Assembly: GCA_951406725.2 (NCBI GenBank)
Contig: OX597821.1
Coordinates: 99,696,001 to 99,760,000, forward strand
DNA: 64,000 nucleotides
Reading direction: 5' to 3'
Source: Octopus vulgaris
Taxonomy: Eukaryota
Below, piece by piece: positions 40,306 through 54,309 of this stretch. Made by a program: the position numbers and the translations under genes. Each line of letters opens with the position of its first letter. The first letter of the stretch is position 1. The notes below the pieces were generated by a model. It saw only the letters and a program-made list of their open reading frames with translations. It had not been told where the DNA came from and did not search any database.

Positions 40306-40527
40306 CCCTTTTGTTACCAACCTGGCCGAAACTGGCTCTGGCTCTGTAGTACAAATATCTTGTTTTCATAAGTTTTGAATTAAAATCTTCCTACAAACCT
40401 TAGTCACAATTTATGCTCCTAACACTAGCTTAATGATAACTAAGTTATTTCACTAAATTCTTTGCTATATTTAAAATTGATTGAAAGAAACACAGAACAT
40501 CTCAAAATAAATACAGTAATGGAATGG
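40306..40527. mobile_element. piggyBac-type MITE, followed directly by a second copy (40532 to ~40915)
   Basis: TTAA|CCCTTTTGTTACC...TGG|TTAA; the TTAA at 40528-40531 is shared with the next copy. Confidence 0.78.
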
Positions 40528-41500
40528 TTAACCCTTTTGCTACCAATCCACTTGAAACTGACCCTGGTTCTATGATACAAACTTAGGGTTAACTGATTTA
40601 ATTTAAAAACCTTCCATCAAAATTTCAATTTGATTTATGTTCCAAAAAGTATTGTTTATTCACATTTGTTTTGAATTGATCACACATTATTTTCTAGCTT
40701 GAAGATTTCAATGGTGTGTTTGTAAATTTTTAGAATGACATTGCAGAGTGGGTGTCATAGCGTGGATCTGGTCAGTTTTAACATAAAACAGGTAGAACAT
40801 TTGGGTTGGATAAGGGTTAATAATGACAATGCTATTTTACGAAATGCTTCATTATTTTTAAGATTAACTGAAAGATGAACAATTTATTTCCACAGAAATA
40901 TGATTACAAATTGGCTAAAGCTAGTCGGTAATAAAACATCTGTTTATTAATATTAAGCCTCGTAAGTGGCATTGGTTTGCTCTTAGTGAACCAAGTCTGT
41001 AACTCTGGCTTTGATTCCTTGTAGCTATTTCACTTGCTCTGATACTTCCCTTTGGAAAGTTATGAATGCTGCATTCTCTATTCTCTCATCTTTTGAAATC
41101 AATGATACGGATCATATATTGACAGGTGCTTTTGATGATGAAATGTCTGGCTGTTTGGCTTTCACTCAAAAATGCAAAAAATAAGAAAATATTTATTGTT
41201 ACTCATTTACAGTCATTTGACTGTGGCCATGCTGGGGTACTCCATTTGAGAGTTTTGTGATCATTATTGAATCTAGTATATATATTTCAGTCTAGTAATT
41301 CTATTGATTTCCATTTGTCAAGCTGCTAGATTACAGGATGCAAAGAGACATAACACTTTTTTTTCTTTTGTTTGAATGATTTAAACATAAATACACACAC
41401 ATATGTGCACAAACATATGACAGGCTTCTCATACTTGTGAAGTACATTTTTTAAACACCCCAGTCATATCTGCACCTATTTGTTTTATTTTCTAAATATC

Positions 41501-41562
<62 letters not shown>

Positions 41563-42011
41563 GAAATGAATAAAAATGACTTTTCTGATAATTATTTTCC
41601 ACTTTAATGATTAGATGTTTACAAGTTTATCTAATCATTAAAGTGGGAAATAATTATCTTTTTCAAATATACACTACTGTACTCAAGAATTTCTATTTCT
41701 TCTTTCTCTCTGTATGTGTGTGTGTGTGTGTGTGTGTACACACACACACAATCTCAAAAGTAAATAGACTCCTCTCATTATAGTGTGTTATCTGTGTGGA
41801 CACTGCTCATTAGTATGATACCCAAACCAATTAAATCATTAGATAGAATGCAAGGTATGTCTATCAAATACAAGATTAAGTATTTCAGTGTATCAGATGC
41901 ACTGAAATACTTAATCTTGTATTTCAGATCACTTTATTTTGTTTATTGAAATCTTTCAAATTTTGTGGGGTCTATTTATTTTTTATGTGTTTGTGCGCAT
42001 ACACACGCGCG

Positions 42012-42060
<49 letters not shown>

Positions 42061-42927
42061 CTCAGGCTAATCAAATACTGTTGAACTGTCCAACCCATGC
42101 CAGTGTAGAGCATGCACGTTAAGTGATGGTCATGGCTAGAACATCTCTGATCATTGGTCTTATTTGACCAGGGCTGACCCAAGGTTAAACTAGCTTTTAT
42201 ATGTAGAACACTCTTGACGTGTAATGAGATTTGACTGTGTCTTTAACGGCATTGGTTGAAATGTTATAATGAGATGGACATGTGATGGGAATAGATAAAA
42301 GTTAGATGAAAAAGTGTAGTTGTTTGGCTGCTAGAAAGAAACTTGGTGTTAAGTAGATTTGATCAATAGATGCTAAGTTTTATTGAAGAAGAAATGTTCC
42401 AAGATACAGAGAGTTTAAGAGGGCAGCATTGCAAATCTCTCCACCTATTGATGATTGTAAGGAAGAAACTGGACATAAAAGTGTGCTTGATGATAGTAAT
42501 AAAGATTATAAATTTGTAAACTTCATTTCCTGGATGAGAGATTTGTTTCTTTTTTTTTTATTTATTTAATGTAGAAGTATTAAAGTCAACCTCTTCATCC
42601 ATCCATAGTCTCATAACTACTGTAGTTGTCTGATCAAAATTAGTGGTTGAGCCGACCAATTATTTTCTTATGGAATATTGGGCTTGGCCGTGTGGTTTAA
42701 GAAGTTTACTTGTACATACATACGTATGTACGTATTTATTCTTTTATATGTTTCTGCCCTAAGGCTGTGGCCATGCTTGAGCACCACCAGTGTGTCCATG
42801 AATGTGTTTTTGTTGTCTGTATTGCAACGACAGTGCTTTGTGTTTTTCTTAGAAATCAGCTCCTTCCTTACAGAAAGACTTCAAATTATTAAAAATAAAA
42901 GAGAGCATATATATATATATATATATA

Positions 42928-43158
42928 TCCAACGCCATGTTGAATCGTTAGCCCCTACACGCAATTTTTTTTCTCCTTGTTTCTTTTCCGTGTATCTTTC
43001 TGTCGAAGAGTGTAGGCTCGAAACGTAAAAGACTTGTTTTATTTCTATTCCTGAGCGCCATACTAATACATTGTTTGTTTGTACTCCACCTGCCTTCGTC
43101 TTTAGTTTATTTTCGTAAACCTGCCTTTGTCTTTTGTTTATTTTCGTAAACCTTCCCG

Positions 43159-43160
<2 letters not shown>
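42928..43160 (+). mobile_element. Penelope-like pseudo-LTR fragment inserted in (TA)n, with hammerhead-like motif
   Basis: TCTTT-CTGTCGA-A-GAGT gtag GCTC-GAAA-CGTA-AAAGA at 42995-43032; (TA)n both sides; short internal tandem duplications at ~43085-43150. Confidence 0.6.
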
Positions 43161-43203
<43 letters not shown>

Positions 43204-43821
43204 CATATACACATGCACATAGTCTTACATATGTATATACACACATATAGCACAGTGAATAAATAACTATATTTGTGTGTGTACAGTAAAATGAAAAAAA
43301 GTATTATGTTGAAGTAGAGTGACATAAGATTTATATGGGGCCTTCATTGGTTATGATGACTGATGCATTTGCACATTAATGCAGAGGCCTGAGCAAGAAT
43401 TTTTGAGGAAAACTGGCTGTTACCCTTACATGCAAGTTTCTCCTCTCCATGATACTGATCTTTATCCCAGATGAAAACTGCTAACTTGGGCTGATACAGT
43501 TTGGCATCAATGTTGTCATAGGCACATTGCTGTCAGAATGCAAAAGAGTTAGAAAAAATACCGCAAGGCATTTTGGTTGAACCTTCAACTATTCTGCCAA
43601 TCGACTGCCCTAGATTAATTTTTTTTCTATTATTGGTTTTGAAAGGGTGAAAAGCAAAATTCACATTGGTGGGATTTGAACATGCGGCACAGAGGACCAG
43701 AACAAATATTATGAGACATTCTACCCAATGCTGTAATGGTTCTGCCAATTTTCCACCCAGAGTTTATCGAAAAATGAAAACTTACCACACTTCTGTTTCT
43801 CTCATTATCATCATGTTACAC

Positions 43822-43853
<32 letters not shown>

Positions 43854-44894
43854 GTATCTATATATATATATATATATATATATTGGAAGGCAGATGTTAA
43901 ATGATGATTATGATCCTCACCTATGCTGGTGCCACATAAAAAGCACTCAGTCCACTCTGTGTGGTAGTTGATGTTAGGAAGGGCATCTAGCTGTAAAAAC
44001 TGCCAAAATAGACACAGAAGTTTGGTGTAGTTTTCTTCCTGGCTAACTTCTGTCAAACTCTCCAACCCATGTCAGCATGGAAGGCAGACTTTAAACAACA
44101 AAAATTATGATGATGATGATATTTGTATATGTGTGTGTTTGTATATACCAGTGTAAACTATGTTGTATTTTGTCCATAAAATAAAGTTACCTTTCTTGTA
44201 ACATAACTCAGTAAAATTTATGATAAACAAAAAAAAAAAATGATAAAACAAGTACCAGACAAAATCCTGGGTGTGGGTGTTGACAAAAACCCTTAAATGC
44301 TATGCCCCACCCTGGCCACAGTCCAATATTTGAAACCATTAAGAAAATACTATGTTCTACACAAAACTCTTTACATAAAATTTTGTTCTTGTCAAAGATA
44401 TTCATGAAGATATAATGGTAACAGTTTACATTTTGTTAGCTTTTTTTTTGTCTCGTAGGTTTTAGATCAATAAAGACTACCCATTTAATAGATAGAAAAT
44501 CACAATTGGTTTACTGCATATATGGGCACCATAGAGAGAAAGGAAAGATTTTAAGCTTGTAAGCGTCATTCATGTATATTGGCTTCATACTGGTAAGATA
44601 TCATTAACCACTATGTATCACTGTATATGTATGTTCATATGCACATACTTATATATACATACACACATATATTATACATATGTAGATTATGTATACATAT
44701 ACATGACATTATATATATATATATGTGTGTTGGTAACAGAGACAAATTTATCAAATGAGTTAACAGATTTAAATAAATTGGCAAAAATATTATAGACTGA
44801 AATATCATAAAAAGCATTTTTTTTTTTCTATTCATTTTCTCTATATTTCTGAATAGTAGAAAATAGTATGGTGGCAAAGTTGTGTTAGAATGTT

Positions 44895-45263
44895 TAGAAG
44901 TGGTTGTGTGGTAAGTAGCTTGCTTCCTAACCATGTGGTTCTGAGTTCAGTCCCACTGTATGGAACCTTGGGCAAGTGTCTTCTACTATAACCTCAAGTT
45001 GACCAAAGCCTTGTGAGTGGATTTGGTAAATGGAAACTGAAAGAAGCCTGTCTCATATATATATATGCATCTCAGTTTGTCCCTCCACCATCACTTGACA
45101 ATTGATGTTGGTGTGTTTACATCCCTGTAACTTAGTGGTTCAGCAAAAAGCGACTGATAGAATAAGTACTAGGCTTATAAAGAATAAGTCCTGGGGTTGA
45201 TTTGTTCAACTAAAGGCAGTGCTCTAGCATAGCCGCAGTCTAATGACAAACAAATAAAAGAAT
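44895..45263 (+). mobile_element. Full-length family-A SINE
   Basis: Colinear with the reverse complement of 1093-1497. Confidence 0.85.
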
Positions 45264-48200
45264 ATGAATCATAAATTGTATTGAGTTGTTAGGCAAACAA
45301 CTATCTTGTTTTAGTTTATGTTGTTGAAAAATAAAGTGTAAAGAACATACATTTATAGGATATCTTTTTATTTTTCTTAGTACTCAGACCCAATCATATA
45401 ACAAGGCATAAAAGACAGTTTCTTTTTCAATTGTAATATTCTTCTTGTTTAAGCCCAGGTCAGGCCTGATCAAGCTAACCTTTGATCAAATGCATTCCAT
45501 CTATGATCATCTCATTTTATTTTCAGATGTATGTATAGGACTATATTATCCAAGTCACCCTTTTTCTTTAAGATAGAGTATGATTTCAGGGAGGTTTTGG
45601 CTGCTACTTTTAGCAGGTTAAGTGAAGTCATAGAGGCTCTCTAGTTGGCTCAATTATATTTTTCTAAATGGAACTAGTGACACTTTAGTAGATGTGAATT
45701 CAGGACAAGCCAAATCCATAGCTTAATTTTGATTCTTCCCATGAAACCATTTCGTTTCATACATGTCACTAATACTCTTGAATATCATAGAAACTCAGGT
45801 TTCCTCACCCCCTCTCACCTCCTATAAAATTGAGGTTTGTGCCAGAATTAAATTTCTCTGATTTAAAGTGAAATTTATATTTCTTTTCAGGTTTTTTTTT
45901 AACATTTTTATATTAAAGGTAATAGACATGTTAATGTATTTATTTAAAAAAAGATGATAAAACTAATAAAATTCTAACTTCCTGTGTAATTTGGTGAGGC
46001 TGATGAGTTATCTTGTCTGTGGATAGACCAATTTGAACAAATGGCACTATCTTTTAGAGTGGCCTAATTAGGCTGGTTTGAATGCAGCAAAGTTAGATGT
46101 TTTTATTAGAAATTAAACTAAAATACCTAGTTGTATTGACGTCATCATTCTAACATCCACTTTCCTATGCTTGCATAGGTTGGATGGAGTTCATTGTGGC
46201 AGATTTTTCTATTTGTCATTTTCTGTATGCCCTTCCTGTCACTAACCTTCATCTGTTTTCCAAGCAAGATAATATTTTCCCATGACCAGACATGCTTTTG
46301 CATAATACTAGAGATAAATGAATCTGTGTGTATGACAATGTCACTTATTTACAACTACTCTATGTCAAGGCAATGACACACACACACACACACACCTTGC
46401 AATTTCCGTCTACTAAATCAACTCACCAGCTTTTAACCAACCCTGGCCTTTAGTAGAAGATACTTGTCCAAGGTGTTATGCAGTGGAACTGAACCCAAAA
46501 CTATGTGGCTGGGGAGTAAACTTCTCAACTACACAGTCATACCTATCAAATCCCATTATTGGCAGTCGCTTTACCAAAGGCTAAGTCTTTCGATCTAATT
46601 GTGTTGCAGTCTTGGCAATGATGTATGATATTTCCCATGGAAGCCTTCTAAATAGATTTAGGCTTCAGAGATTAAAATAATTTTTTTTTTGTCTAGAATA
46701 TAACATTGCGAATGAGAATTTTCTACTGTCTCTCCAAACCACATATTGACATCATCATCATCATAGGCGCAGGCGTGGCTGTGTGATAAAAAGCTTGCCC
46801 CCCCAACCACGTGCTTCCGGGTTCAATCCCACTGCATGGCAACTAGGGCAAGTGTCTTCTACTGTAGCCTTGGGCTGACCAAAGCCTTGAGTGGATTTGG
46901 TAGACAGAAACTGAAAGAAGCCTGTCATATATATGTCCAGTTTACATCTGCCAGGTTTTTATCACAGGACATTGATCAAAGAGAGGTTATAGTTGAAGGC
47001 TATACCGCCATACCGTGAGATTGAACCAGAACTCACATAATTGCAAGGCAAAGTTCATAGACACTTGTCAAGACTGTGCCTACGATTTATATTTAAAAAT
47101 TGATGAACATCACAACCCTTCATCATAGGAGTGTCTCATTTAACTTTGAACAAGTTTATAATTAATGCCTATTTTTAAAGAATTTTTAAATGTTTGAAAT
47201 ATCTGTTTTTGTGACTTCATTCAAGACATAATATCTTAATTACATTAACATTCTTCATTTTTTTGGATTATATTCTTTCCCACCTTTTCCAATATTCACT
47301 TGGAATTTATAGTCTTCCTCTAGATCATCATCTACCACATCTATTTAGACTGTCTGCTTTATCAGTGCTAACTGCAGTTACTTACCCGACCAATTAAACT
47401 TAATCTTCTTAGCATCCATTCTGTTCACAACCATCCTCCATCTTCACTTCTTCTCAGAACTCATCATGTTTACAACCAACCAGTATTGCTACTTCGACTG
47501 CCTCAATATATCAAGAGGAACGATATCTTTAACGATCTTTTTCCTGGCCTTTCAATCATTCCACGTATTTAATTATTTCCTCCGTCATCACACCGTCGTT
47601 ATCACACTTCCAATGTCTATTTTGTTACTGAACTTCAGTCACACGTTTTCATTTACTCTTTTGCTCTCCCCCATCCTTCTCTCTCTCTTTCTCTGCAGCA
47701 CCTTCCTCGACTGCCTATCTATTTAATATCTTTCTCTCTAGTACACTTGTTGGCAAATTCCTTATTATTCCATCAAGGTTTCACTTCAATATTAATGATT
47801 TAACCCACTCGTAACTATTACTGATATAAATATTGGGTTCAGATTTTGGCACAAGGCCAGCAATTTCGAGTTAGGAGTCAATTGCAGTCATTATGTTGGG
47901 AGCGAGGAAATCTGAGGAGTGATAATGCTCACCAAAATCCCTATCATAACAGTTGTTGCTACCAAACTATACATTGTTATAATTTTTTTGTTTTTTTTTC
48001 TAACCATCTTTTCCTGCTTTTGTTACTTGTATTCTCTTTATTCATGCTGTTGTCTCTTACTATGATTCTAGTTCTACTATCGTGATCATGATCATCACCA
48101 TCATCATAACCACCTTGACCATCACCTTTATCACTACCCCACATCATTATCATTACCACCACCACCACCACTGTTATCATCACTCACCAATATGTAACTG

Positions 48201-48490
48201 TTGTAGTAGTCCTTAATTTAGCATTATCGACAAAGATGAACTGATAGAGGAGCCATCCCGCAATCTAATTATAAACCATGAAACTAAAACAAGATATCGT
48301 AGGTAGGTTACAGTGAGAAGCTGGTAAATGATGAGATGAGGTGGGATCAAGATACTGTAAACATGAGAAGGTTTTTGACATTTATCGTATAGCAACATGA
48401 TCTTGTTTTCCTCTCATTAAATTGCAGAACATAATGACAGAAACTCTATGTAGTTCATGTAGATTCTACTTTGTTAGATAATGTGGCCTA

Positions 48491-48524
<34 letters not shown>

Positions 48525-48529
48525 ACTTT

Positions 48530-49275
48530 TCATACACACACACACACATGTTCTCATATATATATACATGTTGTCACACTAACATATATACACATTACAC
48601 TAATATATATGCACATCACACTCACCCCTATATATGTATCCTCACGCTCATATATGCAGGTTCTCACCTTCATGTACATATGTGCTCACATTTACATATA
48701 CACTTGTTGTCACACTCATATATACATGTTCTCGTATATACACGTTCTTGCACTCGTATATACACGTTCTTGGACTCATATATACACATGTTCTCGCACT
48801 CATATATACATGATATCACACTAACATACATGCATATATTGTCAACTAACATATATACTCATGTCGCACTCACCTTTATACACATGTTCTCACACTCATA
48901 TATACACAGGTTCTCGCACTCATATATACACACATTATCTCATATACACATTATACTCATATATACACATTCTTGCACTCATATATGCATGTTCTCACAC
49001 TCATATATGCATGTTTTCACACTCATATATACATGTTCTTGCGCTCGTATACACACTTTATCACACTCATATACATGTTCTCATACTCATATATGCACGT
49101 TTTCACACTCATATATACACGTTCTTGCACTCATATATACACACGTTCTTGCACCCATATATGCACACGTTCTTGCACTCATATATACACACATTCTCAC
49201 ACTCATATATACACATGTTATCACATTCACACTTAACATGTTGTTTCTCTAACATATATCCACATGTTGTTACAC
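48530..49275. repeat. Minisatellite, ~22-24 bp unit CA(C/T)GTTCT(C/T)(A/G)CACTCATATATA(CA)
   Basis: Roughly 30 degenerate tandem copies visible; source of the H/S/Y/I/T-rich ORFs. Confidence 0.92.
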
Positions 49276-49778
49276 TAACCTACTGGCACTCTGTCAGTTA
49301 CGATGACAGGGGTTCCAGTTGATCCGATCAACAGAACAGCCTGCTTGTGAAATCAATGTGCAAGTGGCTGAGCACTCCACAAACACGCATACCCTTAAAG
49401 TAGTACACGGGGATTCTGCATGATACAGAATGTAACAAGGCTGGCCCTTTGAAATACAGGTACTACTCATTTTTGCCAGCTGAGTGGACTGCAGTGATGA
49501 GAAATAGTGTCTTACTCAAGGACACAATGAATCACCAGGAACTGAACTCCTGATCTTATGACCACGAGCCAAACACTCTAACTACCAAGCTACGTGCCTT
49601 CAGCCATACTAACATATATACACATGTCATGCATATACGCAAGTTTCCACACACAACATAAACATACTTCTTCACACCCATGTGTTCTCATCCTTTCACA
49701 GGTCCCTCTTCTGTCTGGAGTAAAACTATCTGCCTCTCATTGCATGAATCCCTTGCCTTTTTGCTTATGAAAGATTAA

Positions 49779-50000
49779 CCCTTTTGCTACCATATTTCTG
49801 TTGAGATGCTCTGTGTTTTCTTTCAATTAATTTTAAATATAACAAAGAATTTAGTAAAATAAATTTGTCATCATTAAGTTAGTGTTAACAACATAAATTA
49901 TGACTAAGGTTTGGTGGAAGATTTTAATTCAAAACTTTTGAAAATAAGACATTTGTACTCAGAGCCAAAGCTGGTTTCAGGCAGGTTGGTATCAAAAGAG
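49779..50000. mobile_element. piggyBac-type MITE (same family as 40306-40527, opposite orientation)
   Basis: TTAA|CCCTTTTGCTACCA...TGGTATCAAAAGAG|TTAA; further copies at ~60254-60450 and ~61190-61650. Confidence 0.8.
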
Positions 50001-50942
50001 TTAAGCATCCTAGGCACAGCTTTGTAATTTGTATGTGTGTGTCATCATTACTATTATCACCACCATCATCATCATCATCACTAGCATTATCACACCATCC
50101 TTATAATCATCACTACAATCTGTATTATATGGTGTAAAATTTACATTGATCCAGAGTAATTAGAAAACCTTTACTATTCATTGTATCCAGCGGTACTCGA
50201 AGTATATAATGAAGGTCAAGGAAAATAATTAAAAAATAAAGGAAGCTTGCTGAAGTATTCTTTACTTCAAGGTGTGTTTACTCTGCCTGACACAAGTCCC
50301 CAGTTGAGCTACCTCTGGCTCACAGCACCTGGCATGAGCCCCTGTCCTGGGTTATGGAGCCTCAGTGAAAACCATTGAAATGCAAGATACATATCTGGTG
50401 TGGGATAGTTTGTCTCATGGTCAGGTGATGAGCTCTTTAGCATTGGCCGATTGTTACCTCCAGATAGCATTGCAATATGAAACACTAGTTGGTGGAAAAC
50501 CTTATACCATGTGAGACCTTGTGGTGTACACATGTGTTGTGCACTTTCTCTAAATGTAACTGATACAACACATTATCAATGGAGGGTGTTGAACTTATTT
50601 AATAGTTTATATCAAAATATCATTGTGACTGAATAATGTAAAGAACTGGAATATTAACACTAACAGTTTTTACTGGTCAAAAATACATACAATTTAAATT
50701 GGGTTTTTTTTAAGCTATCAAAAATTTTGGAAATTTTAATAATAATTACCAGAAGTAAATTCGCTGTTTTATAATGGAACTTATAAAGTCATAAATAACA
50801 GCATATAGGATATTATGCTCAAAAAGTCCTTGGATGGAAAAAGTTTGAAGGCTGCCTGTGGGACATGCACCCACATCATCTGTGAACATGGTAACAAGAT
50901 TTAAGCCAACTTATGATGGTTTACATTGGCATCAGTGAATAT

Positions 50943-51943
50943 TGTTACGTACCACTCGCTCAAACTCTTCGGAAACCCGGGACCCTATCAAGTCAAGCGA
51001 CGATGATTGCACTGGCCCAGTCGATCGGAGAATTCGCCATGCAGAAAGAGAGGACTCGGTGGGGGAGGTGGCAGCGAACTCGACAACCAGCGACCGGAGA
51101 GAACAACAACAACAACAGCAGCAGGAAGAGATACAGAGAGACGGCGGAAGGCAATTGGCTTACATTTAAAAACAGTTTATGACAATCATTACAACATCAA
51201 ATACATCAAAGAAAATATATGCAGCAGAATCAACAAAATCAAAGCATGCAGATACAGTTCAGAGACAACAGTTCAAATCAAATAATGTTCATGATACATT
51301 AAAGTCTTTCTCTTTCTTTTTCTTTTCAACACAACTCAACAATACAGTTCTTTTCAATGTTCATTTCTTTCCTTCCTCTTTTCCTTAATTCACAGTTCTT
51401 TCTCTTTTCTTTAACACATCAATTCTTTTTCTCTTCAACAATTCTTTTTTTTCAACACAGTTCACAATTTACGTCATAATCTCGTTTCTTTTACATTTCA
51501 CATCAAAATCATAAACAAAACATACCGCAAGTTTCTTCGTTTACAAACTCCCACTACGAATAGCCATGCCTTCTCGCCGTAATCTCTCCCAGCTCCTTAA
51601 TCCTATCTGCCTGTCTTTCTTCCCACGCTTGTCATCTCTGCATCGACCCTCACGCAAGCTACCCTGTTGCCAACTCACTGTCTCAGGCAGAACCACCTCT
51701 TGCCAACTCGCTCTGTTCCCGACTGAACTGACTGACTGCCTCCGACTGACTGACAAACTTCCAGCGCGTCGCATTTTAAGGGGTGGTTTCTCGAACTTTC
51801 CTTGACCGGAACAGGGCCAAAGGTCTCTTCCGAATACATAAACCTCCCCAAAAACCGACAGGACAAAAGGTCTACCCGTCTCCCTGACGCCAAATCACAA
51901 AAGTGGGTCGTAGCACTCAGTTTCCGAACTGACCTCCATATCA
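50943..51943. mobile_element. Solo LTR (Gypsy-like), 1001 bp
   Basis: Begins TGTTACG, ends CATATCA, flanked by 4-bp direct repeat ATAT (50939-50942, 51944-51947); abruptly GC/CpG-richer than flanks; no gag/pol. Confidence 0.75.
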
Positions 51944-53037
51944 ATATGGTATAAATGAAAATTTAGGTGTATTACTAGAGCTTTTCATTAACTTTAAAAT
52001 AATCTGAAATATCACTTCAAGCTTGCATGGAATCTGGAATAAACATATGTGGTTACCACCACCACCGTCATCGTCATCATCATTTTAATGTCCACTTTTC
52101 CATGTTCACATGGGTTGGATGGAATTTGCTGAGGCAGATTTTTGACAGCTGGAGGTCCTTCCTGTCACCAACCTTCACCTGTTTCCAAGTAAGATATTTC
52201 CCTATGACCAGACATGATTTGGAATGAACACCACCACTTGCATTACAGTGACACTCACAACTATCATATGATGTCAAGGCGCAAAGATACTAACACATAC
52301 ACACACACACACACACGAAAGCTCATTTTAAGTTTTCCATTTACCAGATCCACTCACAGGGCTGTGGACATTTTTAATTTATCTCAACTACAGGTATCTT
52401 TTAAGCTCTCTCTTTGTTTTTGTAGCTTATATTTATCACCTATTTATATATTCATATCAGTGTAGAATGTCTGCCTCATAAATATTCAGCCCCTTTCTGG
52501 TGTTATTTTCTAAAATTCACTTGTAGTGAACATCAAATAGACTTCTAAAGATTGCAATTCTGTGCATCGACTGCTACATTCACTCATCTAATTAAACCCA
52601 CAATATTCACTCATCTAATTATACCTCAAACGATTTGCTCATGTGCATAGAAAGTGAAGTTCTTTATTGTTAACTAAGAAAAGCAATGTTCTCCAAATGT
52701 TTTTAACCTATGCCACAGTGTTATCACCAGTTCATTTTAAGTATAAATTAGGTCACCTAGATAATAGAATTTTTTTTATCTAAGCAGTTTGTTCTTCAGT
52801 TAAAAACTACTTATAATATTAGCTATTCCAATACATCTCGTGCATCTCATAATAGTCTAATTGGTTGGAAAATGTGAAATAGTTCTTTGACCTCGCAAGA
52901 GTGCACATCCTTTCTTCTTTGTGGAAACATGGGAAAAACAATTAAAAATTCTGTTTTCTTTTCTTTATTATTTTATTCGGTTATTTGTTCTGTTAATGCT
53001 TTGATTATGATTATTATTTCTTTTTGTTATTTTGCAG

Positions 53038-53112
53038 CTGCTCTGTAGAAGAAAATTATAGCAAATTACTCACCAAACTAGCAAAAAATGTTAGCAATTG
53101 TATACAAGAGGG
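53038..53112 (+). CDS. FCHO2: FCHO-like F-BAR protein, next coding exon, 75 nt, phase 2 to 2
   Basis: tttttgttattttgcAG|C TGC...GAG GG|GTaagt; (S)CSVEENYSKLLTKLAKNVSNCIQE(G), matching FCHO2 [25 protein letters not shown]; phase continues the previous exon. Confidence 0.92.
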
Positions 53113-53242
53113 GTAAGTATGTTTTTCTATGAACAAATTTCAGATTGCATTGATTTAAAGGGGTCGTGCGATTTTCTCAGTTGAATGAAAAGTATAGGGA
53201 AATATTCAATTGTTAATTGGAAACAAACTACAAGTGTTATAA

Positions 53243-53297
<55 letters not shown>

Positions 53298-54309
53298 TAG
53301 GAAGTATTGCAACTCATGTTCTTTTTGAAAGAGGATTATATTGCAGTTAGCCCCAGGTTAGCCTCTGGTCAAACTGACTTATGACACACAGGTAATTGAC
53401 TGAATGGCTAAGATTGAGCCACTATTGTACCAGATATGTCATGTTGCAACATAGCTAAGGATTATACTGCGTCCTCTAACATGCAGTAATGAATTGTATG
53501 GGTACTAGGGTACCCATACATTGTCTGGCCATGTACTGTCTATACTGTACAGTCTGTTTCTACATGCTTATATATTCCAGTGGTGTACAGAACAGAGGTA
53601 GGCAAAGTGGATTTAGATTGAGAACAACTGTTCTTTCTCAGCACTTGTATGTATGTATGTATGTGTGTGAGTGTACATATGCATGTATGCATGTTTGTTC
53701 ATTCTCTTCTATTTTCGATTATTTGAAACCAACCCTGCAAGCATAGAAAAGTTGGTGTTAAAGCAATGGTGGTGATCATGATGAAACCTTCCTGCAAAGG
53801 AGGAGCTCATCTCTAACAAAGATACAAAGTTCCATCATTGATGTGTGTACATAACAGAAACAAATTCACGTTTTGAATTTGAGAAAAGTCTTGCATCTTT
53901 TTACTGTTCTGCTTACAGATTGTATTTGTAATGTACAAATTAGCTGCTTTATTTCCTTTTCTGAAAACTCCAGCTTATCCAGATTGTCACTTAGGTATTT
54001 GCTCACAAAACCATGTGCCCCAATTATTCATCATCATCATCGTTTAACGTCCGCTTTCCATACTGGTATAGGTTGGATAGTTTGACTGAGGATTGGCAAG
54101 CTGGGAGGCTCTCACCAGGCTCCAATCTGATCTGGCAAGGTTCCTACAGCTGGATGCCCTTCCTAACGCCAACCACTCCAACAGTGTAGTGGGTGCTTTT
54201 TACATGCCACATGCACAGGATCCAGTCAGGTGGCACTGACATCAATCACACTCGAATGGCGCTTTTTACGGTGAATTTATAATCTGTGTATAGAAGGTAG
54301 AAACTTTGA

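Noticed and set aside
48530-49275. CRISPR-like periodicity
   Set aside because: Units are adjacent and degenerate with no unique spacers; eukaryotic context, no cas genes.
48491-49322. His/Ser/Tyr-rich ORFs of 153-253 aa
   Set aside because: Translations of a ~23-bp minisatellite, open in several frames.
50913-51944. Short overlapping ORFs in the GC-rich segment
   Set aside because: Lie within the solo LTR; no gag, protease or other recognisable motifs.
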